This document shows, piece after piece, positions 1 through 10,454 of a stretch of 64,000 bases of DNA. The notes under the pieces were generated by a model. That model did not search any database and was not told where the DNA came from. It was given only the letters and a program-made list of their open reading frames with translations. This DNA is from a virus (Duplodnaviria > Heunggongvirae > Uroviricota > Caudoviricetes): the IMG/VR virus record IMGVR_UViG_3300035698_025354; one strand, given 5' to 3'. The translations under genes and the position numbers were made by a program. The first letter of the stretch is position 1. Every line of letters starts with the position of its first letter.

Positions 1-3000
1 TATCAAAGCTATTAGTATCCCATTGTATTGGTGACGTATTCCTAAGACCAACATTTGGAACATTTATTCGCAACGCAAATGTTCCATTTGTGGCATTTAA
101 AATAGTTACTCGCTGTTGGTCCGATGATCCACCTCCATCTTGAATTGTGTCAATTTCAAATGTACCACCACCCAACGCCATACCGTTTACCTCAGACTGT
201 TTTATATTATCCCTTACTGATGTTGCTAAAAATGGATATGATTTCCAAGACCCTGAATTGTAAACAAATCCAGTTTCAGATTGTGATAATGCTCTGTTCC
301 AAAAAACAGCTTCATCTAATTTGAATGTGATCGGGTCATATGTGTCATTATATAACCCAAATACAATTGATTTAAATGATGAACTATTAGCAAAATTCCC
401 AGTTATTGAATCTTGCACAAAATCACCGCCATTAACATTGATTTTAACTAGACCATTTGAAAAGTCAAACACAACACCTATTAGATTCCAAGTGTTTAAT
501 GATAAAGTTTCGGATGTGTCTATAATCACTTGATCTGCTTCAGAACTTTGTATAAACAGTCTTATTTTATAAAGTTGTGATGATATTTTAATTATATCTA
601 ATGCAAAACATCCAAGTAAAGAAAACATCAGAAAGCTAAATTTGTTTTCTGTTGAATTTCCATCGGTGTCTTGCAGTGCTTCAACATTTATACCAAACAT
701 CATACTATAATCTGATGATGTTAACAATGGAGCAATATCTGATGTGCTGTTGCTAAATAAAATGTTCGATTTACGCATTCGAACACAATTACCAACTTTC
801 CCGGTAGTTCTTGATGGTAAATTGGTGTCTAAAGAAGCCGGTTCTAAATTAAGTGTTCCGGCAGAATCAAGCCTATCCCCAGATTCCTCTTCAAATTTCC
901 ATGCTGATATGACGTTTGAGGAAACGTCATATGATTCACCAGATAAAAAAGTAATCCGCCATTGATTGTCTGCTGGCTTTGTAACATTAATATCACTAAT
1001 CGTTATCCACGATGCGGCAGCTGCTATAGCAGATCTAACTGTGCTAGATGAAGCATTGTATGCTATTGCCGATGTTGTTGCGAATATGGACCCAGACGAA
1101 TCTATTGGATTGTATACAGTTATTGTAAATGTGCCACTTGATGCATTAACAGTGAGTTCTTGTATTTCATCAACACCAGCACCACCACTCCATTTGGTTG
1201 ATATTACATATGCGTCAGATGTTGAGTCTACAACTAATTCTGGTACGTTTTGGCCTTCAAAATCACCAATAAAATCAAAGAACAATTCACCGCTATACTC
1301 TATTTCTCTGTTAGTGGTATTGCCGGTTACTAATATGTTCCCAGCACCAATAGTGCTCAATCCTTCAAGAGCTGATTGAACATTGTCTATTGTCTCATTG
1401 CTGGATATACTAACTGTTCTCTGATTATTGAATTCTAGTGTATAATTTTGTTGTGTACTAGATGTCCTGCTTAATTGCTGCCTCTCATTAACTGCGCCAT
1501 CTCTGATTGTTCTAAACACAGCACTAGCGGTGCCAATTAAATTTGTTTCATCCGCTTCAATTGGGTCAATATTTTTGGCAGCTAACGATTCTTTAAATTC
1601 AATCAATAATGGGTCTATGGATGTTCCTTCACCAGTGACACCAATGTTTTTAGTCCCATCAACTACGCTCAGATTACCTAATTTGACTCTTATTTGTTCA
1701 ACACTAGCATTCCAAGGTATTGGGTCTGTTGTGCCTGAAGCACCATCTATAGTTACTGTTAGAGTATAGGTTCCAGCAGAAGCTGACGGTAATATCACAC
1801 TTTGGATCTCATTTTGTGATTCACCCTCTTGGATTGTGGCAACAATAACATTAGCAATACATTCTTGGTTAAAGAATGCTTCACCACCAGTTAATGATAA
1901 TAAATCAAATCTTAATATTCCAGCACCATTAATTTGTGGAATATCAATAATTGGATTACTAGAACCTGAAATAGAACCATTGGAACCACTAACTGACCCA
2001 TAATAACACTGGTCTAATCCTTGCCCATCATCAATATCTAGGACAAATTCAATCGCCTGCCATCGTGCTACTTCTCCGGAAGTGTTACTGCCATCTTCTT
2101 CGTCCCATCCTTCAGTGTTATCAACAGTTTCATGATATAAATCATCAATGTTTAATAATTTAGTGAATGATCTTGCTCCTGTCGATCTATTATATCCAAA
2201 GGTTATTTCTAATTCTGTAGCTGGGTCTGGTGAACACCCATCAGCTGATTCGTCAGCTGGATCAATGACATTCATTAACAAAAAGACAGTTGCCGATTCA
2301 ATAATACAATCTTCAGTAAAATTCGAATCTGTCTCTGGTAATTTACATATCGGGTGCCCTGTTGCTGTTCTTCCAATAATATCTTCTTGAGGTGCAGAAT
2401 AATTTATAATCGCTGCATCTGGGTTACCCTCCCCGTCAATTGGTATTGCCCATATCCTGTTTAGGTTGGGAGTAACACTAACAGTTGTACCATTGTTTGT
2501 AGTTGGTGCATTGACATAATTATCCATGGCAATTGGGTTTATTTCAACAACACCGGTCCCGTTATCACCATGTTGAGTCCACCTCGCACAATTTCCAACA
2601 TAATTAGAAACATTTTTTGATATTTGGTTTACATATGCAACATCTCCATTTAAAGGATTTGTTACCTTATATCTTATGAATGTCTTATAAACATTTACTG
2701 GTTGTCTTGGTGTTCCTATCCATTTTAACCCAACATGTGGTGACACTGCACTACTTATTCCACATCTTTGCACTCTTGAATTACATACCAATAATTGATC
2801 AATCTCAACTCTTCTTGGACCAACTTTCGAATATAATATCAATTCGCATACAACTCCAGTATAAGAATTTAATACACCATTATCCGGGATTTCAAAAGTA
2901 TAATCAAAAATGGCAAAAGATGTTAAGTTAATATTACCAGATGAAAATGACCCATTTTGATTTATTATATTAACAACATAATAAATGTCTTCTGGGTTGT

Positions 3001-6000
3001 CTGATACTAATGTCTCAACATTTTTGAACACACCAGCAAATCTCACTTTTGATGTTGACACTATCCCAAGAGTAGTATGTCCGATTCTTAAACCATCGCT
3101 TGTTGCGTCAGCGTAGATTATACCTTGTGTAGAAAGTATGCCCCAATCTAAGCTTGCAAATCCGTTTTTATTAGAAGTAAAACTATTGTTAGCTAAAACT
3201 GTGTCTGTTGCTAAACAGGTTAACTCCCCGCTCGTTCCTGTGCCGACACATATTAAAATTTCATTTATCTCTACTGTTGAAAGAGATGTAAGCGATTCTA
3301 ATCTTATACTAAATGAAACAATTCCAGAATCAGGAACAGTGGCACTTACTGATGCTGTTGTTCCTGATGTTATTTGATTTTTAGATAATAACACAAATCC
3401 GTCATATATTTCAAGTATCACTATCCCAGCTACGACAGAATCGACAATTCGTATTGTGAATGACACAATATCGCCTGGGTTAAGATCTGATATTGGGTTA
3501 CCTGATGAGAATGACTTACTAGCAGATGATGAATTTTCAGAAACTCTAATAATATTATAAAAATCAGATGTTTCTATTGGGTACAATGCTGTGAAATTTT
3601 CATCATTTCTATCTAATGTGAAAATAGTTTCACTATTATTTTCAGCTATTAATAATAAGCCGCTTTTTGTATCTACGAATAAACCATTTGGTCTATCTAA
3701 ATAATTAAATTCAATGCCATCGTTTGGGTATGGGTCATCTAATGTGATTTTTTCAAAATCACCGCCAGTGAGATTAAATTTTACTAAAGAAGCTGTTTTA
3801 GAAAATGTCGCTTCTGTCGCAACATATATTCTAGGAGCACTTATTCTTTGCCTGTCAATAGTAATGCTTCTGGCATTAATTAAATCAAATTCAGATGTGT
3901 GATCCAATATTTTTAGAACACCGGCACCGTCACTTCTTATTTTATACACCTCACCATCTGTGGTGGTTGTAGATCCAATCCAAAACAAATAATCAGTGTC
4001 TTGATCATAAATGATACTGCGTGGCCCTAATAGATCATCAGATGAGTATATTAAGGTATCATTGTTACCATCTAAATCGATTCTTCTTATTTCTTTTAAA
4101 TTTACATAAACATAATAAATATATTTATTGGTTAAATCTAAAGTCAACCCATAAACCCTGTCTGAACATGACAGTAATTTTACTTTATTAGCTCCACTGT
4201 AATCAACCCTATAAATAGCATTTTCTGTTCCACCATTACCTGTAATTTCTGACCAATATATATGTTTTGCTGTTGAGTCAGCATCCATTGCGGCAGAATT
4301 ACCACTACCGTGAACTATGATAGCAAGACCAGATCCGTCAAGTTCAGATGCTAAAATTCCTTCGCGAGTTGTGTAAAATAATTTATCTGTTTTATCTTGA
4401 TTACCAAGAAGTGGGCTATGATTATTGTAAAAGCTGCTTATTATTAAAGGCCCGATGTTATCTAATTTAACATCAAATCCTTTCCATCCCTTTAAGAACC
4501 CTGTTTGTGCGAATTGTGTGTAACTAAGTGATTGGAATCCACTTGGACAATCGATTGTTGAATCACCACTTACTGGTTCACCGCCGCCACTGCTTACACT
4601 ACCACCGCCACTCCCGCTTCCACTCCCAACACTAACATCACCGCCGCTACTGCTTCCACTTGGCGGAGGAGATATTACTGAAACATCGCAAAGAGTAACA
4701 CTCGAAACCCACACCTCTGAATTACCAATCAATTGGATAATGATATTTATAACTGGTTGGTTAGCCACGATGCTTATTGTTGGTATTGTTCCTTCAAGAT
4801 CGTTATTAAATGTAGTATGTGACTCACTTATTACATCGCCACCAGATGTTATTTGCTGTACAGTAAGCAATATTGACTCATCTATAAACAATGTCCCATT
4901 TAATTGTGAAATGCTCATCGAAAGATCATAAACATTTCCTGGAACTACGTCAACAAGTTTCGCTATACTATCACCTAAAATAGCACCATTAAAGCCAGGA
5001 AGATTTACAGTAGTGTTTCCTGGCTTTAAATGTGCTGAATTATAAAATGCTTTTATTCTTATTTCATCGTTGTTTGCACATGGTATACCACATTTTATTA
5101 ACCACCATGTTCTTGGGTCTATTGTCCCAATGAATATCCCGCCCTCAAAAGTCCCTTGTATGCTTGTAAGCGTAAATTTTCCATTTTCTAACACTGTGTC
5201 GCAATATGCACCACTACTTAACAACGTAATGTATATGTCACCGGGTTCTCCTACATCTGGTTGCGATGGTTGTATTTCTGTAAGCAGAAAACTTTCTACT
5301 ATTGGGTTGTCGTCATTAGCCAATATGACACCAACAATAAAGTTGGTATTATAAATCTGATGTGTCTTATCAAAATCATCTATTGAATCGTTTTCTTCTA
5401 TAACATAAAACGTTCCATCGATTGTGTTGTTACTATCGCTCACTTCATCATTTATTAAATTTTCTAAATCTAATAATGTGTCGGACCCAGAGATAAAGCC
5501 TGAAGTAGCACCAAATGTTGTATAAAATCCAGAATCTGCGTCTGATTTTCTTCTGAAATTAAATGAGAGTGTTGTTGTTGGCGTGATATTGCTTTCAGAC
5601 ATTTTTACAAGAACAGCACTATCAAATTCTTGTGTTAATTCTGGCTCTCGTATAAACGGGATTATTAATAATTTATTTGAAGAATAAAATCCGAGGTCTG
5701 CTCCAACTAATTCTTCTTCGGAAGGGCCTTCAAAAGTTTTTTGCGATGGTCCTTCTGGTGTATCAACCAACGATACCCCATTTTCTGGAACATTATCAAT
5801 AATAACTCTAAAAATTGGTAGTGTTGGATTTTCTGATGATGCTGTGTCTTTTGGTATTACTTGTAATGTTCCATCATTTGCACTTAGGTCTGGCCATTCT
5901 GTACTTTCATTCCAAGCGTCCTGGATACCTTGAAATATTCTGCTTGTCAGATCTAATGTATAATAATCAATTGATCCATCAACACCACCTGGGTATTTGT

Positions 6001-6559
6001 AGACTGATGAATATGGTATCTGCGACATTGTATTAACGACAGATATTTCTGATGTAGTTATTGTTGGTAAGTCCGGAGAATGAAATCTTAATCTAAAAGA
6101 TCCTCCGGCTGCGTATCCATCAACACCCAGTTGAAATTCAAATATCGCCTGTGTATATGTTCCGTCTGTTTCAGTCGCAAAATTTTTAACTAATTTTTTA
6201 AATTGCGATTGTACTTTTTGTGCCTTTAGTTTTTTTACACTTTCAGCTCTTTCTAATAAGTCATCGTCAAGATTATAATCTACGATTTCCAGAATTTGTT
6301 CTGCTGTTGGGACATTTTTATTTGGTGCTGGTGATATGGTTTTAGCGGTAGTTTTAATTATCGATGGGTTTTTGTTGAATGCTACTTGTCGTAATTTGAC
6401 GCTTGGGCTTGGCCCCTCGTCGCATTCTAATGCACCAGATAAATTATTACATATTGTATTTATTGCTTTACCGGTTTTTTGGGTAGCGATAATTACTTCT
6501 GTGTATGTTGGCTGGCCTAAATCTTGATTTAGATTTATGTCTTTAAAAGGGTTTGGCAT
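1..6559 (-). CDS. Giant virion/tail-associated adhesin-like protein (>2186 aa, 3' end runs off the window): Gly/Ser linker, YWTD-type beta-propeller, ~70-aa 'NEIQ..GTYTL..WNAS' repeats, LamG/concanavalin-like domain
   Basis: Not in the ORF track. I translated it by hand: ATG at 6559 (MPNPFKDINLNQDLG), frame stays open to position 2. Propeller blades (IYWSE, IYRVDYSGAN, LTLDLTNKYIYYV, IRRIDLDGNN, YDQDTDYLFWI) at ~3560-4400; LamG-type LDEAVFWNRALSQSE at ~250-320. Confidence 0.85.
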   Translation of the reverse strand, partial: MPNPFKDINLNQDLGQPTYTEVIIATQKTGKAINTICNNLSGALECDEGPSPSVKLRQVAFNKNPSIIKTTAKTISPAPNKNVPTAEQILEIVDYNLDDDLLERAESVKKLKAQKVQSQFKKLVKNFATETDGTYTQAIFEFQLGVDGYAAGGSFRLRFHSPDLPTITTSEISVVNTMSQIPYSSVYKYPGGVDGSIDYYTLDLTSRIFQGIQDAWNESTEWPDLSANDGTLQVIPKDTASSENPTLPIFRVIIDNVPENGVSLVDTPEGPSQKTFEGPSEEELVGADLGFYSSNKLLIIPFIREPELTQEFDSAVLVKMSESNITPTTTLSFNFRRKSDADSGFYTTFGATSGFISGSDTLLDLENLINDEVSDSNNTIDGTFYVIEENDSIDDFDKTHQIYNTNFIVGVILANDDNPIVESFLLTEIQPSQPDVGEPGDIYITLLSSGAYCDTVLENGKFTLTSIQGTFEGGIFIGTIDPRTWWLIKCGIPCANNDEIRIKAFYNSAHLKPGNTTVNLPGFNGAILGDSIAKLVDVVPGNVYDLSMSISQLNGTLFIDESILLTVQQITSGGDVISESHTTFNNDLEGTIPTISIVANQPVINIIIQLIGNSEVWVSSVTLCDVSVISPPPSGSSSGGDVSVGSGSGSGGGSVSSGGGEPVSGDSTIDCPSGFQSLSYTQFAQTGFLKGWKGFDVKLDNIGPLIISSFYNNHSPLLGNQDKTDKLFYTTREGILASELDGSGLAIIVHGSGNSAAMDADSTAKHIYWSEITGNGGTENAIYRVDYSGANKVKLLSCSDRVYGLTLDLTNKYIYYVYVNLKEIRRIDLDGNNDTLIYSSDDLLGPRSIIYDQDTDYLFWIGSTTTTDGEVYKIRSDGAGVLKILDHTSEFDLINARSITIDRQRISAPRIYVATEATFSKTASLVKFNLTGGDFEKITLDDPYPNDGIEFNYLDRPNGLFVDTKSGLLLIAENNSETIFTLDRNDENFTALYPIETSDFYNIIRVSENSSSASKSFSSGNPISDLNPGDIVSFTIRIVDSVVAGIVILEIYDGFVLLSKNQITSGTTASVSATVPDSGIVSFSIRLESLTSLSTVEINEILICVGTGTSGELTCLATDTVLANNSFTSNKNGFASLDWGILSTQGIIYADATSDGLRIGHTTLGIVSTSKVRFAGVFKNVETLVSDNPEDIYYVVNIINQNGSFSSGNINLTSFAIFDYTFEIPDNGVLNSYTGVVCELILYSKVGPRRVEIDQLLVCNSRVQRCGISSAVSPHVGLKWIGTPRQPVNVYKTFIRYKVTNPLNGDVAYVNQISKNVSNYVGNCARWTQHGDNGTGVVEINPIAMDNYVNAPTTNNGTTVSVTPNLNRIWAIPIDGEGNPDAAIINYSAPQEDIIGRTATGHPICKLPETDSNFTEDCIIESATVFLLMNVIDPADESADGCSPDPATELEITFGYNRSTGARSFTKLLNIDDLYHETVDNTEGWDEEDGSNTSGEVARWQAIEFVLDIDDGQGLDQCYYGSVSGSNGSISGSSNPIIDIPQINGAGILRFDLLSLTGGEAFFNQECIANVIVATIQEGESQNEIQSVILPSASAGTYTLTVTIDGASGTTDPIPWNASVEQIRVKLGNLSVVDGTKNIGVTGEGTSIDPLLIEFKESLAAKNIDPIEADETNLIGTASAVFRTIRDGAVNERQQLSRTSSTQQNYTLEFNNQRTVSISSNETIDNVQSALEGLSTIGAGNILVTGNTTNREIEYSGELFFDFIGDFEGQNVPELVVDSTSDAYVISTKWSGGAGVDEIQELTVNASSGTFTITVYNPIDSSGSIFATTSAIAYNASSSTVRSAIAAAASWITISDINVTKPADNQWRITFLSGESYDVSSNVISAWKFEEESGDRLDSAGTLNLEPASLDTNLPSRTTGKVGNCVRMRKSNILFSNSTSDIAPLLTSSDYSMMFGINVEALQDTDGNSTENKFSFLMFSLLGCFALDIIKISSQLYKIRLFIQSSEADQVIIDTSETLSLNTWNLIGVVFDFSNGLVKINVNGGDFVQDSITGNFANSSSFKSIVFGLYNDTYDPITFKLDEAVFWNRALSQSETGFVYNSGSWKSYPFLATSVRDNIKQSEVNGMALGGGTFEIDTIQDGGGSSDQQRVTILNATNGTFALRINVPNVGLRNTSPIQWDTNSFD

Positions 6560-6596
6560 TTCTGCTCTCGCTCAATTGTTTTATTTAATTTTGAGC

Positions 6597-7031
6597 TTAG
6601 AGACCAGATACTTTGATGGTTTTATCCCCATCAAGTTTGTTAAGAATAGCTTTTCTTTTTTCTTCTTTAACCTGTTCAATAAGCTTAAGCATTGACTCTG
6701 CACCTTTTTCCATTTTGGCTGTAAATGCTTTTTTGATTTCTTCTTGATCAAATTTTGCTACTAATAATGGATCAATATTTTTCATTCTAGATACAGCAAC
6801 ACCTAATTGTATCCTAAACCAATCATCTTCTTCATCCCAAGGCTCATTTAATTTTGGAGCACCAGTCTCTTTCAGGCATTCTAGGAATATTTTGTATTTG
6901 ACGGTTTCTTCTACTATCATATCCCATTCTTCGTCGGTTATTGCTGTATGTAATTCTAGCATTGTGCCATCTTCATACACATTAATTGAACCGTTAAATG
7001 AGAAAATGGTTGGGTGTTTTTGCTTATTCAT
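6597..7031 (-). CDS. Hypothetical protein
   Basis: 144-aa ORF overlapping the upstream gene in a same-strand run. Confidence 0.75.
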   Translation of the reverse strand: MNKQKHPTIFSFNGSINVYEDGTMLELHTAITDEEWDMIVEETVKYKIFLECLKETGAPKLNEPWDEEDDWFRIQLGVAVSRMKNIDPLLVAKFDQEEIKKAFTAKMEKGAESMLKLIEQVKEEKRKAILNKLDGDKTIKVSGL

Positions 7032-7464
7032 TTTTAGCCCATTGTCTTATTAATTTATTAATTCTATTTTGTTCTCTTTTAGCCGCTGAGTCGTTCGGAA
7101 ACAAATAACTCTCAGGCATCCATTCGTCATGCTCATTAACGTAGAAGAATTCACCAGTATCTTTACTTCTTACAATACTATTTACTTCAAACTCCTCTAT
7201 TACAAGTTCAGATCTTAATAAATGAACTATGATTTCAAAATCACTATGATGTAGCTTTGGTAGCATCGCTCTATGTGGCCATGCTTTTTTTGCTGGTCCT
7301 CTTGTGAAAGTGGCTTTAGGATGGTGTTCATCCATCCATTGATCATCCTCACTGAGAGGTTCTATGTTTTCTAAAGGGCGTAGTATGATCCAATAAGCTT
7401 TATCGCCTATCTTATACTTCGCCAATTCAAAAACCGACTCAATACGTTTTCGCATATCATCCAA
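7024..7464 (-). CDS. Hypothetical protein
   Basis: 146-aa ORF with 8-bp overlaps at both ends. Confidence 0.8.
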   Translation of the reverse strand: MDDMRKRIESVFELAKYKIGDKAYWIILRPLENIEPLSEDDQWMDEHHPKATFTRGPAKKAWPHRAMLPKLHHSDFEIIVHLLRSELVIEEFEVNSIVRSKDTGEFFYVNEHDEWMPESYLFPNDSAAKREQNRINKLIRQWAKNE

Positions 7465-7675
7465 GGATTACTTTATTAAACGCTTGTCTAATAATATCTT
7501 CCGCCATCGGTTGTTTAACACCAGAAATTATGGGAGTCCAAGTACCGTTTATTTGAATTTCCACTTGATAATTTCCGCCATCAGCCGATTCATTTGCCAT
7601 CGGTACTGAACGGACTGAAGTAGAACCAGCACTTTTAATTTTTTGAATTGCTTCGTTAATGTTAATACTAGACAT
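7457..7675 (-). CDS. Hypothetical protein
   Basis: 72-aa ORF; GGA-type RBS upstream, overlaps the next gene. Confidence 0.75.
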   Translation of the reverse strand: MSSININEAIQKIKSAGSTSVRSVPMANESADGGNYQVEIQINGTWTPIISGVKQPMAEDIIRQAFNKVILG

Positions 7676-7741
7676 AGGTATAGGTCCTTATAAAAATTTC
7701 TATTTTAAATTTTGACAACGCATCCCCTAGTATTTACATGA

Positions 7742-8557
7742 TTAATCTAATTCCCTATAATCTGACCCAATCAAGCATTCTAATCCGTCCATTGCCAGAC
7801 TAAAAGTTTCAGATTTCGTATTTGCGGAACCATATCGTCTCCCCAGATTTGGTTCTAAAAATAGCCAACCAGAGAAATTACTGCTCTGGGCGTCTTCTAA
7901 GGTCTGCTTTAAATTACAATCACCAAACCCAGGAGATTTAAAACCCCTCCCAACAATACAATCCCTAACGTCAATTGCCGCGACATTATTTTTAAGCAAT
8001 GACCAATACTTTACAAACGGATCTATTTTTCTTTTTATGATAATTTGAACTGGGTCATATAAAATTTTCCATTTTTTATGCTTATATAATAAATTGGCAA
8101 CGCCGGATGGTTCAACAATCTGAGCATCATTTGTTATCTCAAGAATTGGGATAATCCTACTTTTAATACAAATATCCGTTATTTTTGACATCCACTCAGA
8201 AATAGTGGAAGAAGTGTCATCATTGACTTTTGTTCCGATAAAAATTCTAATAGATTCAGCACCAAAATATGATGCAATATCAAAAACCCTATTTATTTCA
8301 CCATCACTTATATCCATTAATTTATTAGACGGGACTTTGCCTAAATTTGAACATATTGAAATAACTGATATATTATTATCATTTAACAAAGTTCTTAATT
8401 TATTACAAGATTGATCACTATTGTCGCATATATTTTTATCGCCCCAAGAATTTCTTAACACTACGTATGATATATCATATTTCTTTAAAGTTTCACAGCT
8501 AATGATCGGATCTTCGCCTGCTTCATCAAGATAGCTAGCTATTTTAAACATATTCAA
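7742..8557 (-). CDS. Xylose isomerase-like / AP-endonuclease-2 TIM-barrel protein
   Basis: Pattern 'L..LL.D..I.VISI', 'FDIASYFGAESIRIF', 'PILEIT', 'ILYDP', 'AIDVRD', 'G.GDCN', 'FSGWLFLEP' matches sugar-phosphate isomerase/epimerase barrels. Confidence 0.75.
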   Translation of the reverse strand: MNMFKIASYLDEAGEDPIISCETLKKYDISYVVLRNSWGDKNICDNSDQSCNKLRTLLNDNNISVISICSNLGKVPSNKLMDISDGEINRVFDIASYFGAESIRIFIGTKVNDDTSSTISEWMSKITDICIKSRIIPILEITNDAQIVEPSGVANLLYKHKKWKILYDPVQIIIKRKIDPFVKYWSLLKNNVAAIDVRDCIVGRGFKSPGFGDCNLKQTLEDAQSSNFSGWLFLEPNLGRRYGSANTKSETFSLAMDGLECLIGSDYRELD

Positions 8558-8595
8558 CCTCTGTAATAATGAGTTATGTCTTATTTACCCACTTA

Positions 8596-9714
8596 TCAGA
8601 GAACACAAATATCGTTATTATTTGGACCTGTGCCAACCACTGAAACTGGAATACCGGCATTATCTTCAACCATATGAATAAAATCCATTACTTTTGTTGG
8701 TAATTTTTCATACTCATTACATTGGTAGCATGACCAATCAATATAATTTGCAAAATTTAATGCTATTTTAGTTGCACCATTAGATAATACTGCTTGTTTT
8801 AATTGCTTATTTGAAAATCCAAAAGCTCTACGCAATCTTTTTGTCACAGTTGTTAATTCTGTTTTGCAAATATTATTTGCAATGCTTTCTGGTGCTCCTG
8901 AATCAGCCATGATTTGTTCCCATGTCATTTCTTCATGATCGTCATAACATCCACCGGAATGTCCGACCACTTTATCATTTTCAACAACATTACCAACTCT
9001 GATCGGGTATGGGCGAATTACTAAATAAATGTCGCCGACACAATGTAATGGCAACCCCATATCAGCCACATTTTGAATTGCTGTGGTGCCTCTGCTTGTG
9101 CAGTTTGGGTAATGTGACCCATGGTTGATGTCTAATGAAAATCCTTGAGATCCTTCATGTAACATCGTGTGGTCTTCATACATAATTCTATTATATAACG
9201 TTTGCGGCAATGAATCTCCTTTATACACGTATTTGTCTAATTCATCGTAATCACGTGCCAGTTTTAATTCTTTGCGACGCATAATTTTGTCAGCCAAGAA
9301 TGCTCCACATCCTTGCATTGTGCTTGCGATATGTTTTGTTCCGGAATCTAAGTCACATTCAGATGTTTGATGATCTTTTGTGATAACCCCGGATCTAGGG
9401 TGAATGATTAAATCTTCTGTCTTGGTTTCATCAATCTCTTTTAGTAATTGGTCTATGTGAAGAGCAGCACTTGGTCCAATTACAATTGTTGGATTATAAT
9501 CATCCATCCATGTTTTTAATGCAGCCGCAGATGGTAAGGCTTTAGCGATGAATTTTCTGTCAGAATCCCATACAGCTGTATGTCCAGCATTAGCCATATT
9601 TGTTGTCGATAAAATTTCCGGTTTATGAATGCTAGCTAAAGCAGTTGTGATTAGCCCTTTTCCAGTGCTTCCCCATTGGCCGTCAGTTACAATATTGAAT
9701 CTGTTAGGTATCAT
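8596..9714 (-). CDS. purZ: PurZ, N6-succino-2-amino-2'-deoxyadenylate synthase (PurA paralogue of Z-genome phages)
   Basis: DGQWGSTGKG (Ser in place of PurA catalytic Asp13), NAGHT, EGSQGFSL, YPNCTSR, PIRVG (PurA has TRVG), ELTTVTKRLRR, and LNFANY in place of the PurA guanine-specific TKLD. Confidence 0.92.
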   Translation of the reverse strand: MIPNRFNIVTDGQWGSTGKGLITTALASIHKPEILSTTNMANAGHTAVWDSDRKFIAKALPSAAALKTWMDDYNPTIVIGPSAALHIDQLLKEIDETKTEDLIIHPRSGVITKDHQTSECDLDSGTKHIASTMQGCGAFLADKIMRRKELKLARDYDELDKYVYKGDSLPQTLYNRIMYEDHTMLHEGSQGFSLDINHGSHYPNCTSRGTTAIQNVADMGLPLHCVGDIYLVIRPYPIRVGNVVENDKVVGHSGGCYDDHEEMTWEQIMADSGAPESIANNICKTELTTVTKRLRRAFGFSNKQLKQAVLSNGATKIALNFANYIDWSCYQCNEYEKLPTKVMDFIHMVEDNAGIPVSVVGTGPNNNDICVL

Positions 9715-9757
9715 TTTTACTTTTCTAATAAAGATTGTTGGTTTGTCTTTTAAATAC

Positions 9758-10129
9758 TTATCTTAATGCGGCTGAATTTATGATGTCATATCCGTCATCG
9801 CCCCAACCAAGCAAATGCATTTTATTATTTACTTTATCTAATAAGTTGTTATTTTGCATAGATGAGAGAGCATCTGGAAGATCTATAATTCTTATCACAA
9901 TATCTTGGATATTATCATTATCATCTTTTAAAATATGTTGAATTGCTACTTTATTTGTTTGTTGCAATGCTCTTTTGATTTCTTGAGCTAATTTTAAAGA
10001 CTTTAATTCTTCATTTAATTCATCTATCTTTTCTTGTATGCTACTTTCTTGTCTTTGTAGCCATTTGTCATTTCTGGCTAGAAGGTGTGCATTATTTCCT
10101 AATTCATCAATCGTTTTCTTTAGGTTCAT
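9758..10129 (-). CDS. Hypothetical coiled-coil protein
   Basis: 123-aa ORF with heptad-like E/K/L/Q N-terminal half. Confidence 0.7.
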   Translation of the reverse strand: MNLKKTIDELGNNAHLLARNDKWLQRQESSIQEKIDELNEELKSLKLAQEIKRALQQTNKVAIQHILKDDNDNIQDIVIRIIDLPDALSSMQNNNLLDKVNNKMHLLGWGDDGYDIINSAALR

Positions 10130-10454
10130 GTTGTTTGATCCAATGTTGTGGCATCCAAATTAGTTGATTGTCTAATTCAACTCTATAATGCTTATGTTTT
10201 TTTGACTTAATGATTCCTATTTGATTATGTAATGGGTGCTCTTTGTTGTCAACAATTATTACTGTTCCTATATTTAACAGTGGTATTTGTTCTTTTATAA
10301 ATGTATTTTCTGATTGATATTCATTACTTATAGTAATAATATCCATACAAAATTCACAAAGAACAAATGGATTTTCACCTATATGGACATCTTGTGGTAT
10401 GATATTGTTGTAACATCCGCAATTGTTACATATCTTTTTCACTATTGTCGCCAC
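10107..10454 (-). CDS. Zn-ribbon plus KOW/SH3-like protein
   Basis: CxxC...CxxC, then 'IGTVIIVDNKEHPLHNQIGII...YRVEL'. Confidence 0.6.
   Translation of the reverse strand: MATIVKKICNNCGCYNNIIPQDVHIGENPFVLCEFCMDIITISNEYQSENTFIKEQIPLLNIGTVIIVDNKEHPLHNQIGIIKSKKHKHYRVELDNQLIWMPQHWIKQHEPKEND

Noticed and set aside
124-6527. Short + strand ORFs listed in the track
   Set aside because: They are antisense shadows of the continuous minus-strand ORF 1-6559.
8596-9714. Ordinary adenylosuccinate synthetase (purA) as an auxiliary metabolic gene
   Set aside because: It lacks the PurA catalytic Asp (GDEGKG) and the TKLD guanine motif, and has the PurZ substitutions instead.
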